Assembly (NCBI RefSeq): GCF_000009045.1
Contig: NC_000964.3
Span: 270,001 to 302,000 of the forward strand
DNA: 32,000 nucleotides
DNA from: Bacillus subtilis subsp. subtilis str. 168
GTDB lineage: Bacteria; Bacillota; Bacilli; Bacillales; Bacillaceae
Direction of reading: 5' to 3'
The notes under the pieces: model-generated
Databases searched by the model: none
The model's input: only the letters and a program-made list of their open reading frames with translations
Told to the model about the DNA's origin: nothing
Made by a program: the position numbers and the translations under genes
Shown: positions 18,653 through 29,437 of the stretch, one piece after another
How the letters are laid out: every line of letters starts with the position of its first letter
Numbering within the stretch: the stretch's first letter is position 1

Positions 18653-20092
18653 TTAATGATCTACTTTAACGCGTTTCATAAAGAAAGCGCCAATTAAACC
18701 GATAATGGCAACAATCATTGCAAACACAAATGCGTGCTGTACGCCTGCTGTCAAAGCTTGCGGGATGACTGCCGGATCGGCAGGGTTTTTAACTGTACTC
18801 ATATAATCATGCTGGCCTGCAGCCATAATGCTGACCGCAACCGCTGTTCCGATAGCGCCGGCCATTTGCTGCAGCGTGTTCATAATGGCGGTGCCGTCTG
18901 GATAAAATTCACGCGGCAGTTGGTTTAAACCGTTTGTCTGTGCAGGCATCATGATCATAGAAATCCCGATCATCAAGCAGGTGTGCAGGATGATAATCAG
19001 CACAGCTGTTGAAGTGGTCGTGACATTTGAGAAGAACCATAGTACAACGGTGACAATCACAAATCCCGGAATGACAAGCCATTTCGGCCCGTATTTATCG
19101 AACAAGCGGCCTGTAACAGGGGACATAAATCCATTTAAAATACCGCCCGGCAAGAGAACAAGACCAGATGCAAATGCAGTGAGGACTAAGCCGCCTTGCA
19201 GATACATCGGCAGAAGCAGCATAGATGACAGAATGACCATCATACAAATGAACACCATGATCACACCCAAAATAAACATCGGGTATTTGAACGCACGGAG
19301 GTTCATCATAGGCTGCTTCATTGTCAGCTGGCGGATTGAAAATAAGATAAGGCCGACAACGCCGACAATCAGCGACACGATAACAGTCGGGCTGGACCAT
19401 CCCCCGGAGCCTTCACCCGCGTTGCTGAATCCGAATACAATGCCGCCGAAGCCAATCGTCGACAGGATGATAGACAATACATCGATTTTCGGCTTTGTCG
19501 TTTCAGATACATTTTGCATATATGCGATACCGAAAACAAGCGCCAGCACAAGGAATGGAAGAGAGATCCAGAAAATCCAGTGCCAGTTGAGATGCTCCAG
19601 AACCAATCCTGAGAAAGTTGGGCCGATGGCGGGCGCGAACATAATGACAAGCCCGATCGTTCCCATTGCGGCACCCCGTTTATGAGGCGGGAAAATCACC
19701 AAGATTGTGTTAAACATCAGCGGCAGTAAAAGACCGGTTCCAAGTGCCTGAACGATCCTTGCCGCTAATAAAAACGAGAAGCTCGGCGCAAGCGCCGCAA
19801 TGAATGTACCTAAAATTGAAAAGATAAGTGACACGGTAAAAAGCTGTCTTGTTGTGAACCACTGCAACAGCAGTCCTGAAACAGGAACAAGGATACCGAG
19901 TACAAGCAGGTAGCCCGTCGTTAACCATTGGACGGTTGCCGCTGTAATGTTCAATTCCTTCATAAGGTCGGTTAACGCAATATTCAGCGCTGTTTCACTG
20001 AACATGCCGATAAAACCGGCCAACAGCAAGGAAATCATAATCGGCATCACTTTGTATTGCTGAGATGCTTTAGCTGTTGTTTCCAAAATCAT
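18653..20092 (-). CDS. lmrB: MFS (DHA2) multidrug/lincomycin exporter
   Basis: 479 aa, 14-TM DHA2 pattern (TTGYLLVLGILVPVSGLLLQWF, GRIVQALGTG-like motif C); downstream of lmrA. Confidence 0.93.
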   Translation of the reverse strand: MILETTAKASQQYKVMPIMISLLLAGFIGMFSETALNIALTDLMKELNITAATVQWLTTGYLLVLGILVPVSGLLLQWFTTRQLFTVSLIFSILGTFIAALAPSFSFLLAARIVQALGTGLLLPLMFNTILVIFPPHKRGAAMGTIGLVIMFAPAIGPTFSGLVLEHLNWHWIFWISLPFLVLALVFGIAYMQNVSETTKPKIDVLSIILSTIGFGGIVFGFSNAGEGSGGWSSPTVIVSLIVGVVGLILFSIRQLTMKQPMMNLRAFKYPMFILGVIMVFICMMVILSSMLLLPMYLQGGLVLTAFASGLVLLPGGILNGFMSPVTGRLFDKYGPKWLVIPGFVIVTVVLWFFSNVTTTSTAVLIIILHTCLMIGISMIMMPAQTNGLNQLPREFYPDGTAIMNTLQQMAGAIGTAVAVSIMAAGQHDYMSTVKNPADPAVIPQALTAGVQHAFVFAMIVAIIGLIGAFFMKRVKVDH

Positions 20093-20131
20093 TTCCCCTC
20101 TCTATCAACTGCATGTAGTATGTCGTTTTTT

Positions 20132-20698
20132 TTATCTCTTCAGCAGGTCAGGAATGCAGCTGGAGATATGAAGGAGCGGCGTACTGTTTTTTGCCGTCAA
20201 AGATAAAAGGATGCCGCCTTCAATCATCGCGTTAACCACAGTGCTGGCTTCTTTTGCACGGCTCTCGCTGCAGCCAGTCTGCCGCAGTTTTTCCTCATAC
20301 ACAGAGGCCCATTCTTTGTAGGCTTCATGACAGGCTTCGCGCAACGGTTCGCTTTTCAATGACGTCTCAGCCGCTAGCAAGCCCACAGGCAAGCCTTCAA
20401 TGTCTTCCGTACATGAAAACTGGCAGGAGAGCTCCTTCAAAAAGGCTTGAATGCCTTCCGCTGGATCGGTGCAGGCTTCCATGCAGTCCGCGATTTTCTG
20501 ACGGATATACTCCTTCATCTCATTCACGGCTTCGATCGCAAGCTGTTCTTTACCCCCGGGAAAGTGGTAGTAAAGAGAGCCTTTAGGCGCGCCGCTTTCC
20601 TTTATAATCTGGTTCAGCCCCGTGCCGTAATACCCTTGCAGCTGAAAAAGCCGGGTAGCTGCCGAAAGGATTTTCTCACGGGAATCTCCATAACTCAT
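20132..20698 (-). CDS. lmrA: TetR-family repressor of lmrAB
   Basis: 188 aa; N-terminal HTH (REKILSAATRLFQLQGYYGTGLNQIIKESGAPKGSLYYHFPGGKEQL). Confidence 0.93.
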   Translation of the reverse strand: MSYGDSREKILSAATRLFQLQGYYGTGLNQIIKESGAPKGSLYYHFPGGKEQLAIEAVNEMKEYIRQKIADCMEACTDPAEGIQAFLKELSCQFSCTEDIEGLPVGLLAAETSLKSEPLREACHEAYKEWASVYEEKLRQTGCSESRAKEASTVVNAMIEGGILLSLTAKNSTPLLHISSCIPDLLKR

Positions 20699-20732
20699 AA
20701 CATTCCCACCTTACTGAATTGCAATCAAAAAT

Positions 20733-20775
20733 ATAGTGACTGGTCTATTATCTTGATTCAATCATCAATTGTCAA
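20733..20775 (-). promoter_or_regulatory. lmrAB promoter with overlapping LmrA operator
   Basis: Minus strand TTGACA (20775-20770), 17-nt spacer, GATAAT (20752-20747). Imperfect palindrome ATAGACCAGTCACTAT (20748-20733) overlaps the -10. Confidence 0.75.
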
Positions 20776-20914
20776 GAAAAATTCATTGTATGAAAAGACA
20801 AAAAAAGAAGGATATGACAACAAAAAATACTGAGAGAAAAGCTGACTGATCTTTTGACTGAATAGATAAAATGTACAATGATTAATCATCATATGGATGT
20901 AAGGAGAGAAATAG

Positions 20915-22042
20915 ATGAAAAAACAACGAATGCTCGTACTTTTTACCGCACTATTGTTTGTTTTTACCGGATGTTCACATTCTCCTGAAACAAAAGAATC
21001 CCCGAAAGAAAAAGCTCAGACACAAAAAGTCTCTTCGGCTTCTGCCTCTGAAAAAAAGGATCTGCCAAACATTAGAATTTTAGCGACAGGAGGCACGATA
21101 GCTGGTGCCGATCAATCGAAAACCTCAACAACTGAATATAAAGCAGGTGTTGTCGGCGTTGAATCACTGATCGAGGCAGTTCCAGAAATGAAGGACATTG
21201 CAAACGTCAGCGGCGAGCAGATTGTTAACGTCGGCAGCACAAATATTGATAATAAAATATTGCTGAAGCTGGCGAAACGCATCAACCACTTGCTCGCTTC
21301 AGATGATGTAGACGGAATCGTCGTGACTCATGGAACAGATACATTGGAGGAAACCGCTTATTTTTTGAATCTTACCGTGAAAAGTGATAAACCGGTTGTT
21401 ATTGTCGGTTCGATGAGACCTTCCACAGCCATCAGCGCTGATGGGCCTTCTAACCTGTACAATGCAGTGAAAGTGGCAGGTGCCCCTGAGGCAAAAGGGA
21501 AAGGGACGCTTGTTGTTCTTAACGACCGGATTGCCTCAGCCCGATATGTCACCAAAACAAACACAACTACAACAGATACATTTAAATCAGAAGAAATGGG
21601 CTTCGTCGGAACAATTGCAGATGATATCTATTTTAATAATGAGATTACCCGTAAGCATACGAAGGACACGGATTTCTCGGTTTCTAATCTTGATGAGCTG
21701 CCGCAGGTTGACATTATCTATGGATACCAAAATGACGGAAGCTACCTGTTTGACGCTGCTGTAAAAGCCGGAGCAAAGGGGATTGTATTTGCCGGTTCTG
21801 GGAACGGGTCTTTATCTGATGCAGCCGAAAAAGGGGCGGACAGCGCAGTCAAAAAAGGCGTTACAGTGGTGCGCTCTACCCGCACGGGAAATGGTGTCGT
21901 CACACCAAACCAAGACTATGCGGAAAAGGACTTGCTGGCATCGAACTCTTTAAACCCCCAAAAAGCACGGATGTTGCTGATGCTTGCGCTTACCAAAACA
22001 AATGATCCTCAAAAAATCCAAGCTTATTTCAATGAGTATTGA
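20915..22042 (+). CDS. ansZ: Secreted/lipoprotein L-asparaginase II
   Basis: 375 aa; signal with lipobox (FVFTGC); asparaginase motifs ILATGGTIAG and GIVVTHGTDTLEETA. Confidence 0.95.
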   Translation: MKKQRMLVLFTALLFVFTGCSHSPETKESPKEKAQTQKVSSASASEKKDLPNIRILATGGTIAGADQSKTSTTEYKAGVVGVESLIEAVPEMKDIANVSGEQIVNVGSTNIDNKILLKLAKRINHLLASDDVDGIVVTHGTDTLEETAYFLNLTVKSDKPVVIVGSMRPSTAISADGPSNLYNAVKVAGAPEAKGKGTLVVLNDRIASARYVTKTNTTTTDTFKSEEMGFVGTIADDIYFNNEITRKHTKDTDFSVSNLDELPQVDIIYGYQNDGSYLFDAAVKAGAKGIVFAGSGNGSLSDAAEKGADSAVKKGVTVVRSTRTGNGVVTPNQDYAEKDLLASNSLNPQKARMLLMLALTKTNDPQKIQAYFNEY

Positions 22043-22044
22043 AG

Positions 22045-22074
22045 AAAAGAAGGCGAATAAGCCTTCTTTTTTTT
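22045..22074 (+). terminator. Terminator after ansZ
   Basis: AAAAGAAGGC-(gaataa)-GCCTTCTTTTTTTT. Confidence 0.9.
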
Positions 22075-22171
22075 GGCTTTTTAGGACCAATAATGACCTC
22101 TGAATCTTAAAATTTCTTTAAAAATAAGCCAAAATTACCCTTTACTTAATTAATTTGGTAACGTAATATAA

Positions 22172-22843
<672 letters not shown>

Positions 22844-22853
22844 TGAAAAACAA

Positions 22854-22882
22854 AACCTTGAAGAATGCTATTCTTCAAGGTT
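22854..22882. terminator. Bidirectional terminator between lipase gene and yczC
   Basis: AACCTTGAAGAAT-(gct)-ATTCTTCAAGGTT, 13-bp perfect stem. Confidence 0.75.
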
Positions 22883-23273
22883 ATTCTGCTTTCAGCACAA
22901 TGGTTTTCGCAGCCATATCATGAACGGTTTGTTTTTTCTTCGTAAATGCGGCAGTCAAATAGATCAGGCGGGAGAACACATGCACCCACGCTATCAGGTA
23001 ACGGACAATGGCTTGCGGGAAGGATATTTTTTTATATGTTTCGTCCCTCACGATTTGCAGCCCGATGATTTTTTTGCCCAGTGTGCCCTTCCAATTTGTC
23101 AGCGGCATCAGCAAAGGGTACACAATCAGCATCAATATGGCGACAATAATGACACCGGCGGACCCATCGCCAAACGTAAATCCGGCTGCCAAAATCACTG
23201 CTGCGGCAATGATTACATCAAGTAAAAGAGCGCAGGCGCGCAGCATGAAACCAGCTAGTTCCAATAGAAACAC
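22881..23273 (-). CDS. yczC: RDD-family membrane protein
   Basis: 130 aa; [42 protein letters not shown]. Confidence 0.87.
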
Positions 23274-23498
23274 TCCTTAAAATGTTAAATAAACACCTAA
23301 TGATTGTAAAAAAGAAGGGCCTAAAGTGGGAATAGGTGATAAGCCTTAAATCACAAAAGTTGGTGAAAATGTCATAGGTAAATTGGCATAATCAGCCAGC
23401 TTATCACATTACCAAATTCTTTTTTAGCCCGAAACCAAGCCCTCAGAAGTTATTTTTGTTAAAATAGAAAAGTTACAACAGAATTCGGAGGGTTTATT

Positions 23499-24575
23499 GT
23501 GGGAAAAGTGAAACGAAATGCCCCTTGCCCATGCGGCAGCGGCAAGAAATATAAAAAATGCTGCGGAAGTAAAGTTGTCGACTTCCCGGCGGAACTAGCG
23601 GCAAAAGAAGCGAAACAAATTCAGGAAGACTTAGTGGAGTATGCCTTCACAGTACATAGAGAAAGCATTTCAGGCTTTATCAACCAGCATGATTTTCTTT
23701 CTGCTATGGACAGACAGACGAAAGACATCAGCGTATTTAACTTAGGAATCTGGGGAATCTTCTTCCACCCGCTTGCTGGTGAGAAGACAATCTTCGAAGA
23801 GTACCTTCAGAAAAAAGGCGATTCGATCACTCGTCCGAAAACGCGTGAGATCGTAGAATCATGGCAGAGCATGACGCCTGCTTTATTGCTGCTGAAGGAC
23901 CTGAAGGAAGGCATCATTCACTTTGAAGATGTCATTACGGCAAAACAATTCGAAGTGGAAATGGACGCCAGCAATCAAGACCTTCCTCCAGTGGGAAGCC
24001 TGATTCTTGGATACCCAATCCACGAAGCGGAAAAAGCAGAATTCTTCATGCAGTTCACGATCTTCCCGGTGAAGAGAACAGAAGCGCTGATCAGCAAGGT
24101 GAAGAAATATGCGGATGCCGCTGTGAAGGACGGCAAAACGCCGGAGGACTTCATGAAGCAGGAATTCAACAACGTTCTGTTCGCGTTGTTAGCTGAGAAA
24201 GATGAAGAGCCACAAGCAGAGAAAGCGGAAGTAAGCACTGTTGAGTGGGCAAACGACTTGGAGAAAGAAACCGCTGCGGCTATTGAAGAAGGCATGAGCG
24301 GGGAAGAGTATCCGACTGAATTGATCCCAGCTGTTATTGACATCTGGAAAACATTCTGCGAGAAAAAATCACCTGTCATCAGAAAGCCGGAAGCTTTTGC
24401 GGCGGCAGTTGAATATTATGTAAACGCAATTTCTCTTAACGGCGCGTCCGTTTCCCAGGCTAAACTGGCGAAAAAATACGGCGTTAGCGCATCAACGATT
24501 TCCAGCCGTTACAAAGAAATTGAAAGCACGCTGCAAGATGAAGCAGATCGTTTTGCACAAGCGTTATCCTCATAA
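23499..24575 (+). CDS. yccF: SEC-C motif protein with C-terminal HTH-like segment
   Basis: N-terminal RNAPCPCGSGKKYKKCCG; C-terminal AKLAKKYGVSASTISSRYKEI; GTG start with SD 'ggagggt'. Confidence 0.87.
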   Translation: MGKVKRNAPCPCGSGKKYKKCCGSKVVDFPAELAAKEAKQIQEDLVEYAFTVHRESISGFINQHDFLSAMDRQTKDISVFNLGIWGIFFHPLAGEKTIFEEYLQKKGDSITRPKTREIVESWQSMTPALLLLKDLKEGIIHFEDVITAKQFEVEMDASNQDLPPVGSLILGYPIHEAEKAEFFMQFTIFPVKRTEALISKVKKYADAAVKDGKTPEDFMKQEFNNVLFALLAEKDEEPQAEKAEVSTVEWANDLEKETAAAIEEGMSGEEYPTELIPAVIDIWKTFCEKKSPVIRKPEAFAAAVEYYVNAISLNGASVSQAKLAKKYGVSASTISSRYKEIESTLQDEADRFAQALSS

Positions 24576-24579
24576 TGGA

Positions 24580-24618
24580 AAAAACCTTGAAAAGCCAGGC
24601 TTTTCAAGGTTTTTTTAT
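24580..24618. terminator. Bidirectional terminator between yccF and natK
   Basis: AACCTTGAAAAGCC ... GGCTTTTCAAGGTTTTTTT. Confidence 0.85.
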
Positions 24619-25571
24619 TTCTGAAACGGAATTTTGATTTCTAACCGGAAGATGGGGTGGCGGTAGGTAAAATCCAGCCTGCCAAAAGCGCCCTTCACCA
24701 GTTTTTGAATGATATATGTGCCCATGCCTTCATGAGCGCCGTTTTTCGTTGAGCGGCCAAACGATTGATAAATTGTATCGAGCACTTTTGGGTCCATCCC
24801 GGGAGTGCTGTTTTCACAAGTCAGTACATAAAGCCCGCTGCGCAGTGAAGTCTCCAGTTTAATCTCTGCTTTTTCTCGGGCCTCCGCCGCGCTGTCGAGC
24901 GCATTTTCTAATATGTTGCCGACCAAGCTGACCTGATCAGCAGGCGAAAACGGAAGGGAAGAAAGCGGTGTATGCATATGCAGCGAAACACTCACATTCG
25001 AGGCGCGGGCTTTTTCTAAAAAATCATAAAGCACCCCTGCAACGTACGCGTTCTCTCCTTTCAAAAAACGGTCATATTGGCTGTATTGATCCGCCCAGTT
25101 TTGAATATATGCTTGTGTATCTGCCTTGGGCTGAGCTGATTTGATTGCAGTGATATGTTTCATTGTGTCATGATTCCGGCTTCTGACATCAATCAGCATT
25201 TGATTGGCGTGCTGTTCAGCTTGAGTCAGCTTATCAATTTGATCAGAAAGCCTTGCCTGCAAAGCAGACTGTCCGATACGGAGCCCTTCACACCCTGCAA
25301 ATATCGCGATTACACATAATACCGGCATGATGTCTGTGCCAATCAACACCACTCCCACCGACATCACTTGAATCACCGCAATCCACGCACAAAGCCCTGA
25401 GGAACAGTGTTTCCACACCCGCTTCGTATTCCAAATGTACAATCCTGCAGCAGCTGCGCCTAAAGCAGCGGCGAGCCAAGAGGCGGCTGTGCTGTGTGAA
25501 AAAGCAGCAGCTCCCTGATAACATATGAAACTAAATAAAATCAGATAAAGACATTGAAAAAGGGTAATCAC
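24615..25571 (-). CDS. natK: Sensor histidine kinase (HATPase, LytS/AgrC-like)
   Basis: 318 aa; N-terminal TM segments, NHDTMKHITAIKSA, NILENALDSAAEA, GMGTYIIQKLV-type HATPase motifs. Confidence 0.9.
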   Translation of the reverse strand: MITLFQCLYLILFSFICYQGAAAFSHSTAASWLAAALGAAAAGLYIWNTKRVWKHCSSGLCAWIAVIQVMSVGVVLIGTDIMPVLCVIAIFAGCEGLRIGQSALQARLSDQIDKLTQAEQHANQMLIDVRSRNHDTMKHITAIKSAQPKADTQAYIQNWADQYSQYDRFLKGENAYVAGVLYDFLEKARASNVSVSLHMHTPLSSLPFSPADQVSLVGNILENALDSAAEAREKAEIKLETSLRSGLYVLTCENSTPGMDPKVLDTIYQSFGRSTKNGAHEGMGTYIIQKLVKGAFGRLDFTYRHPIFRLEIKIPFQK

Positions 25572-25583
25572 GTACTAAACTCC

Positions 25584-26285
25584 TCAAAAATAGTAGTTTT
25601 GAAAATAATCAAGCTGCTGCTTAGTGATCATCGCTTTTTTAGACGTTCCCTCAAAGGAAACTGTGAATGAATGCTTGGTATAAGCGGAAAAATGCTTTAT
25701 GTAATGAATGTTGATAATAAAGGAACGATGCGAACGAAGAAAATCTTTTTCGGGCAGGTCGCCTTTAATATCATTTAATGTTTGATACGTTTGCACCTCT
25801 TCGGCGGTTGTCACAATCGTCGTCGAACGTCCCGTCCGTTCTGCGAAAATAATATCCTTCTTTTGCAGGACGTGCATTTCAGACTTTTGCTTTATCAATA
25901 TACGCCCATTCAAACTCGTTTCCGTTTTCTTTTTCAAGTACCGGTCGAAGGAAGCGGCCAGACGGTCGGCATAGTACGGCTTCATAATATAATCATGGAC
26001 GTTCAGGTCAAAGGCGTGAACCGCATAACCGCCGTGGCCGGTAACAAAAATCACATCCACATCAAGTGAATGGGATTTGATCAAATCAGCAAGCTCGTAG
26101 CCAGACATATGGGGCATCTCGATATCGGCAAGCAGCAGATCAATGTCTCCGTTCTTTACCCGCCTGTAGGCTTCCTTCGCTGAATCGGTGGAAAAGACAA
26201 TTTCGACGTCCTGCATTCTGGACACGATCGCTTCTAACTTCTCTAAATCTACTCGATAATCATCTACAAGTCCGACTTTTACCAT
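25584..26285 (-). CDS. natR: LytTR-family response regulator
   Basis: Receiver domain (VGLVDDYRVDLEK, LLLADIEMPHMSG) plus LytTR domain. Start 26285 preferred to 26291 because of spacing from the 'agggg' SD. Confidence 0.9.
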   Translation of the reverse strand: MVKVGLVDDYRVDLEKLEAIVSRMQDVEIVFSTDSAKEAYRRVKNGDIDLLLADIEMPHMSGYELADLIKSHSLDVDVIFVTGHGGYAVHAFDLNVHDYIMKPYYADRLAASFDRYLKKKTETSLNGRILIKQKSEMHVLQKKDIIFAERTGRSTTIVTTAEEVQTYQTLNDIKGDLPEKDFLRSHRSFIINIHYIKHFSAYTKHSFTVSFEGTSKKAMITKQQLDYFQNYYF

Positions 26286-26330
26286 TATCATTCCCCTAGT
26301 TACATAGAATCATCTTTATTCTATCCCATT

Positions 26331-26359
26331 TCACGACATAAAAAGAACTCTTCGCGACA
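26331..26359 (+). promoter_or_regulatory. Candidate NatR (LytTR) binding site upstream of natA
   Basis: Direct repeat TCACGACA (26331-26338) / TCGCGACA (26352-26359), 21-bp period, upstream of a TATAGT -10-like element at 26389-26394. Confidence 0.55.
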
Positions 26360-26428
26360 ACTTTATCCAACTAATCCAGCTTTTCGTATATAGTCATTAC
26401 TAGAAATAAAGATAAGGGAGATTGTGAC

Positions 26429-27169
26429 ATGATTACACTGACCGATTGCAGCCGCAGGTTTCAGGATAAGAAAAAAGTAGTCAAAGCGGTGCGAGATGTA
26501 AGCTTAACAATTGAAAAAGGAGAAGTCGTCGGCATTCTCGGAGAAAACGGTGCCGGCAAAACGACGATGCTGAGAATGATTGCTTCCTTGCTTGAACCAT
26601 CACAGGGTGTAATCACAGTAGACGGCTTTGACACGGTCAAGCAGCCGGCTGAGGTCAAACAAAGAATCGGTGTCTTATTCGGAGGAGAAACCGGGCTTTA
26701 CGACAGGATGACCGCTAAAGAAAATCTCCAATACTTCGGCAGGCTGTATGGGCTGAACCGCCACGAGATCAAAGCAAGAATAGAAGATTTATCGAAACGG
26801 TTCGGCATGCGCGATTATATGAACCGGAGAGTGGGCGGGTTTTCGAAAGGCATGAGGCAGAAAGTCGCCATTGCCAGAGCGCTGATTCACGATCCGGACA
26901 TCATTTTATTTGATGAGCCGACAACTGGGCTTGATATTACGTCAAGCAACATCTTCCGCGAATTTATACAGCAGCTGAAAAGAGAACAAAAAACGATTCT
27001 TTTCTCCAGCCACATTATGGAGGAAGTGCAGGCGCTCTGTGACAGTGTCATCATGATTCACAGCGGAGAGGTGATTTACCGAGGGGCGCTTGAATCACTA
27101 TACGAGAGCGAGCGCAGTGAGGATTTGAATTACATCTTTATGTCTAAGCTTGTCAGGGGGATTTCTTAA
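26429..27169 (+). CDS. natA: Na+-efflux ABC transporter ATP-binding protein
   Basis: GENGAGKTT, FSKGMRQKVAIARAL, IILFDEPTTGLD. Confidence 0.94.
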   Translation: MITLTDCSRRFQDKKKVVKAVRDVSLTIEKGEVVGILGENGAGKTTMLRMIASLLEPSQGVITVDGFDTVKQPAEVKQRIGVLFGGETGLYDRMTAKENLQYFGRLYGLNRHEIKARIEDLSKRFGMRDYMNRRVGGFSKGMRQKVAIARALIHDPDIILFDEPTTGLDITSSNIFREFIQQLKREQKTILFSSHIMEEVQALCDSVIMIHSGEVIYRGALESLYESERSEDLNYIFMSKLVRGIS

Positions 27170-28330
27170 ATGCTGAGCCATATTTATAAAAAAGAAATGA
27201 TCGACGCTTTACGCGACAGAAAAACGATATTACTCACAATCTTAGTGCCGATGATTATGATGCTTGGACTTGTCTTTTTTTATGAAAGCATGCTGTCCGA
27301 CAAAGGGGAGCAGTACACGCTGGCTGTCGGCCATTCGCTTCCGCCCGCACTGGAAAGCAAGCTTAATGAGATTGACGAAATCAGCGTAAAAACATTTGCA
27401 AAGCCTGAAGAGGCAGTTGATGAAGGAAAAGCAGATGCCTATCTGAACGTCCCGAAAGAGTTCGACTCATATGTCAACAGCATGACACCTTTTAAGGTTG
27501 ATGTTTACGGCAATTCAATCGATCAAGGGTCGTCAAATGCCATGCAGCTTGTGCAGTCTGCCTTAGATCAGTACAAAAATGAAATTGTGCAGCAACGTTT
27601 AACAAATAAGCATATTGATCAATCGGTGATCCAGCCGTTTACAATTCAGCAAAAGGAAGCGGATGAGGAGAAAGGGACTTCCGCTATTATGCTTTCCGCC
27701 ATTCTGCCCATGCTGATTCTGACTTCCATTGTTTCCGGCGCAATGCCGATCGCTCTTGATATCATGGCCGGTGAAAAGGACCGAAAGTCAATCGAGGCGC
27801 TGCTATTAACGCCAGTCAGCAGAAACAAAGTGCTGGTCGGCAAGTGGCTTGCGGTTTCCACTTTTGGCGTGGCTTCAGGTGTATTTGCTTTGGTGTTTTT
27901 GATTTTGTCCACCGTGTTATTTACCGAAAATTTAAAAACGGCCTTCCAGCTGGGAGATCATATGTGGAGTGTAATCGGCGCTTCAGCCTTAATCATTGTG
28001 CTCTCTGCATTGCTGATATCTGCGATGGAGCTTTTCATCAGCATCATGTCCAGCTCGGTAAAAGAAGCGCAAAGTTATATGTCTCTCGTCGTCTTTCTGC
28101 CTGTGTTCCCGATGTTTTTCATCTTCAGCAAGGCACCGAACCAATTTGACTTATCATACTTTCTCATCCCGTTTCTGAACCTGCATGCGTTATTTAAACA
28201 GCTTTTATTCGGGATGGTTGACCCGGCTACCATTTTGTCTACGTCAGGAACCATCGCCGTGCTCATCGCCATCTTCTTTTTACTAGCCAGAGCCTGCTTC
28301 CTGAAAGACAAATGGGTTCTTCCAAAATAA
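27170..28330 (+). CDS. natB: Na+-efflux ABC transporter permease
   Basis: 386 aa ABC-2 type membrane protein starting immediately after the natA stop codon. Confidence 0.94.
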   Translation: MLSHIYKKEMIDALRDRKTILLTILVPMIMMLGLVFFYESMLSDKGEQYTLAVGHSLPPALESKLNEIDEISVKTFAKPEEAVDEGKADAYLNVPKEFDSYVNSMTPFKVDVYGNSIDQGSSNAMQLVQSALDQYKNEIVQQRLTNKHIDQSVIQPFTIQQKEADEEKGTSAIMLSAILPMLILTSIVSGAMPIALDIMAGEKDRKSIEALLLTPVSRNKVLVGKWLAVSTFGVASGVFALVFLILSTVLFTENLKTAFQLGDHMWSVIGASALIIVLSALLISAMELFISIMSSSVKEAQSYMSLVVFLPVFPMFFIFSKAPNQFDLSYFLIPFLNLHALFKQLLFGMVDPATILSTSGTIAVLIAIFFLLARACFLKDKWVLPK

Positions 28331-28337
28331 ACTTGCG

Positions 28338-28366
28338 AAAGGAGAAATACACTTTCTCCTTTTTGT
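28338..28366 (+). terminator. Terminator after natB
   Basis: AAAGGAGAAA-(tacac)-TTTCTCCTTTTT. Confidence 0.8.
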
Positions 28367-28465
28367 ATATCCTGAAAAAAGAAGGAAAATAGAAAAAGGA
28401 TATCTAATACAAAAAGTGACCCTGCACTATTTTTCATCAAAATTGGTTTCAAAGGAGAAGGAACA

Positions 28466-29398
28466 ATGGATCAAACACGTACACTCGGCAAAACGAAGCT
28501 GAAGGTGAAGCGGATCGGATTCGGCGCGAATGCGGTCGGCGGGCATAATCTATTTCCAAATCTAAATGATGAAACAGGGAAGGATTTAGTGCGCACGGCA
28601 TTGGATGGCGGCGTCAATTTTATCGATACCGCCTTTATATATGGATTGGGGCGATCTGAAGAATTAATCGGCGAAGTCGTACAGGAACGCGGCGTGCGGA
28701 ATGAGCTCATCATCGCCACCAAAGGAGCTCATAAAGAAGTGGACGGCAGCATTGAATTAGACAATAGCCGGGAGTTTCTTCGCAGCGAGGTGGAGAAGAG
28801 CCTGAAGCGGCTGAAAACAGATTACATTGATTTGTATTATGTTCACTTTCCGGATGGAAAAACACCTCTCGCTGAAGTGGCGGGCACTTTGAAAGAGCTG
28901 AAGGATGAGGGGAAAATCAAAGCGATCGGCGCTTCGAACCTCGATTATCAGCAATTGCAGGATTTTAATGCTGACGGCTATTTGGAGGTCTTCCAGGCCG
29001 AATATTCTCTCATACAGCGTGATGCCGAGAAAGAGCTTCTTCCATACTGTGAAAAACAAGGCATCTCCTTTATTCCTTACTTTCCGCTTGCGTCCGGACT
29101 GCTGACAGGAAAATTCACGCAAGACACAGTCTTTGATGATTTCAGAAAGGATAAACCTCAATTTCAGGGTGAAACGTTTATCCACAATCTCAAAAAAGTA
29201 GATAAGCTGAAAGCAGTAGCGGAGGAAAAACAAGCGGATACGGCACATGTCGCCTTGGCGTGGCTGTTAACGAGACCGGCGATTGATGCCATTATTCCAG
29301 GAGCTAAACGACCGGAGCAATTACAGGATAACCTGAAAACCTTGAACATTGAACTGACCGAAGATGAAGTGAATTTCATCAGCGACATTTTCAAATAA
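28466..29398 (+). CDS. yccK: Aldo/keto reductase
   Basis: 310 aa; [48 protein letters not shown]. Confidence 0.93.
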
Positions 29399-29433
29399 AA
29401 AAGGAAATAGCCGTCATGGCTATTTCCTTTTGG
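29397..29433. terminator. Bidirectional terminator between yccK and ycdA
   Basis: AAAAGGAAATAGCC-(gtcat)-GGCTATTTCCTTTT. Confidence 0.9.
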
Positions 29434-29437
29434 TGTT

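Noticed and set aside
20815-20850. Possible TnrA site upstream of ansZ (tgacaacaaaaaatactga)
   Set aside because: TnrA control of ansZ is plausible from the literature, but this sequence lacks the second TNACA half-site, so I do not call it.
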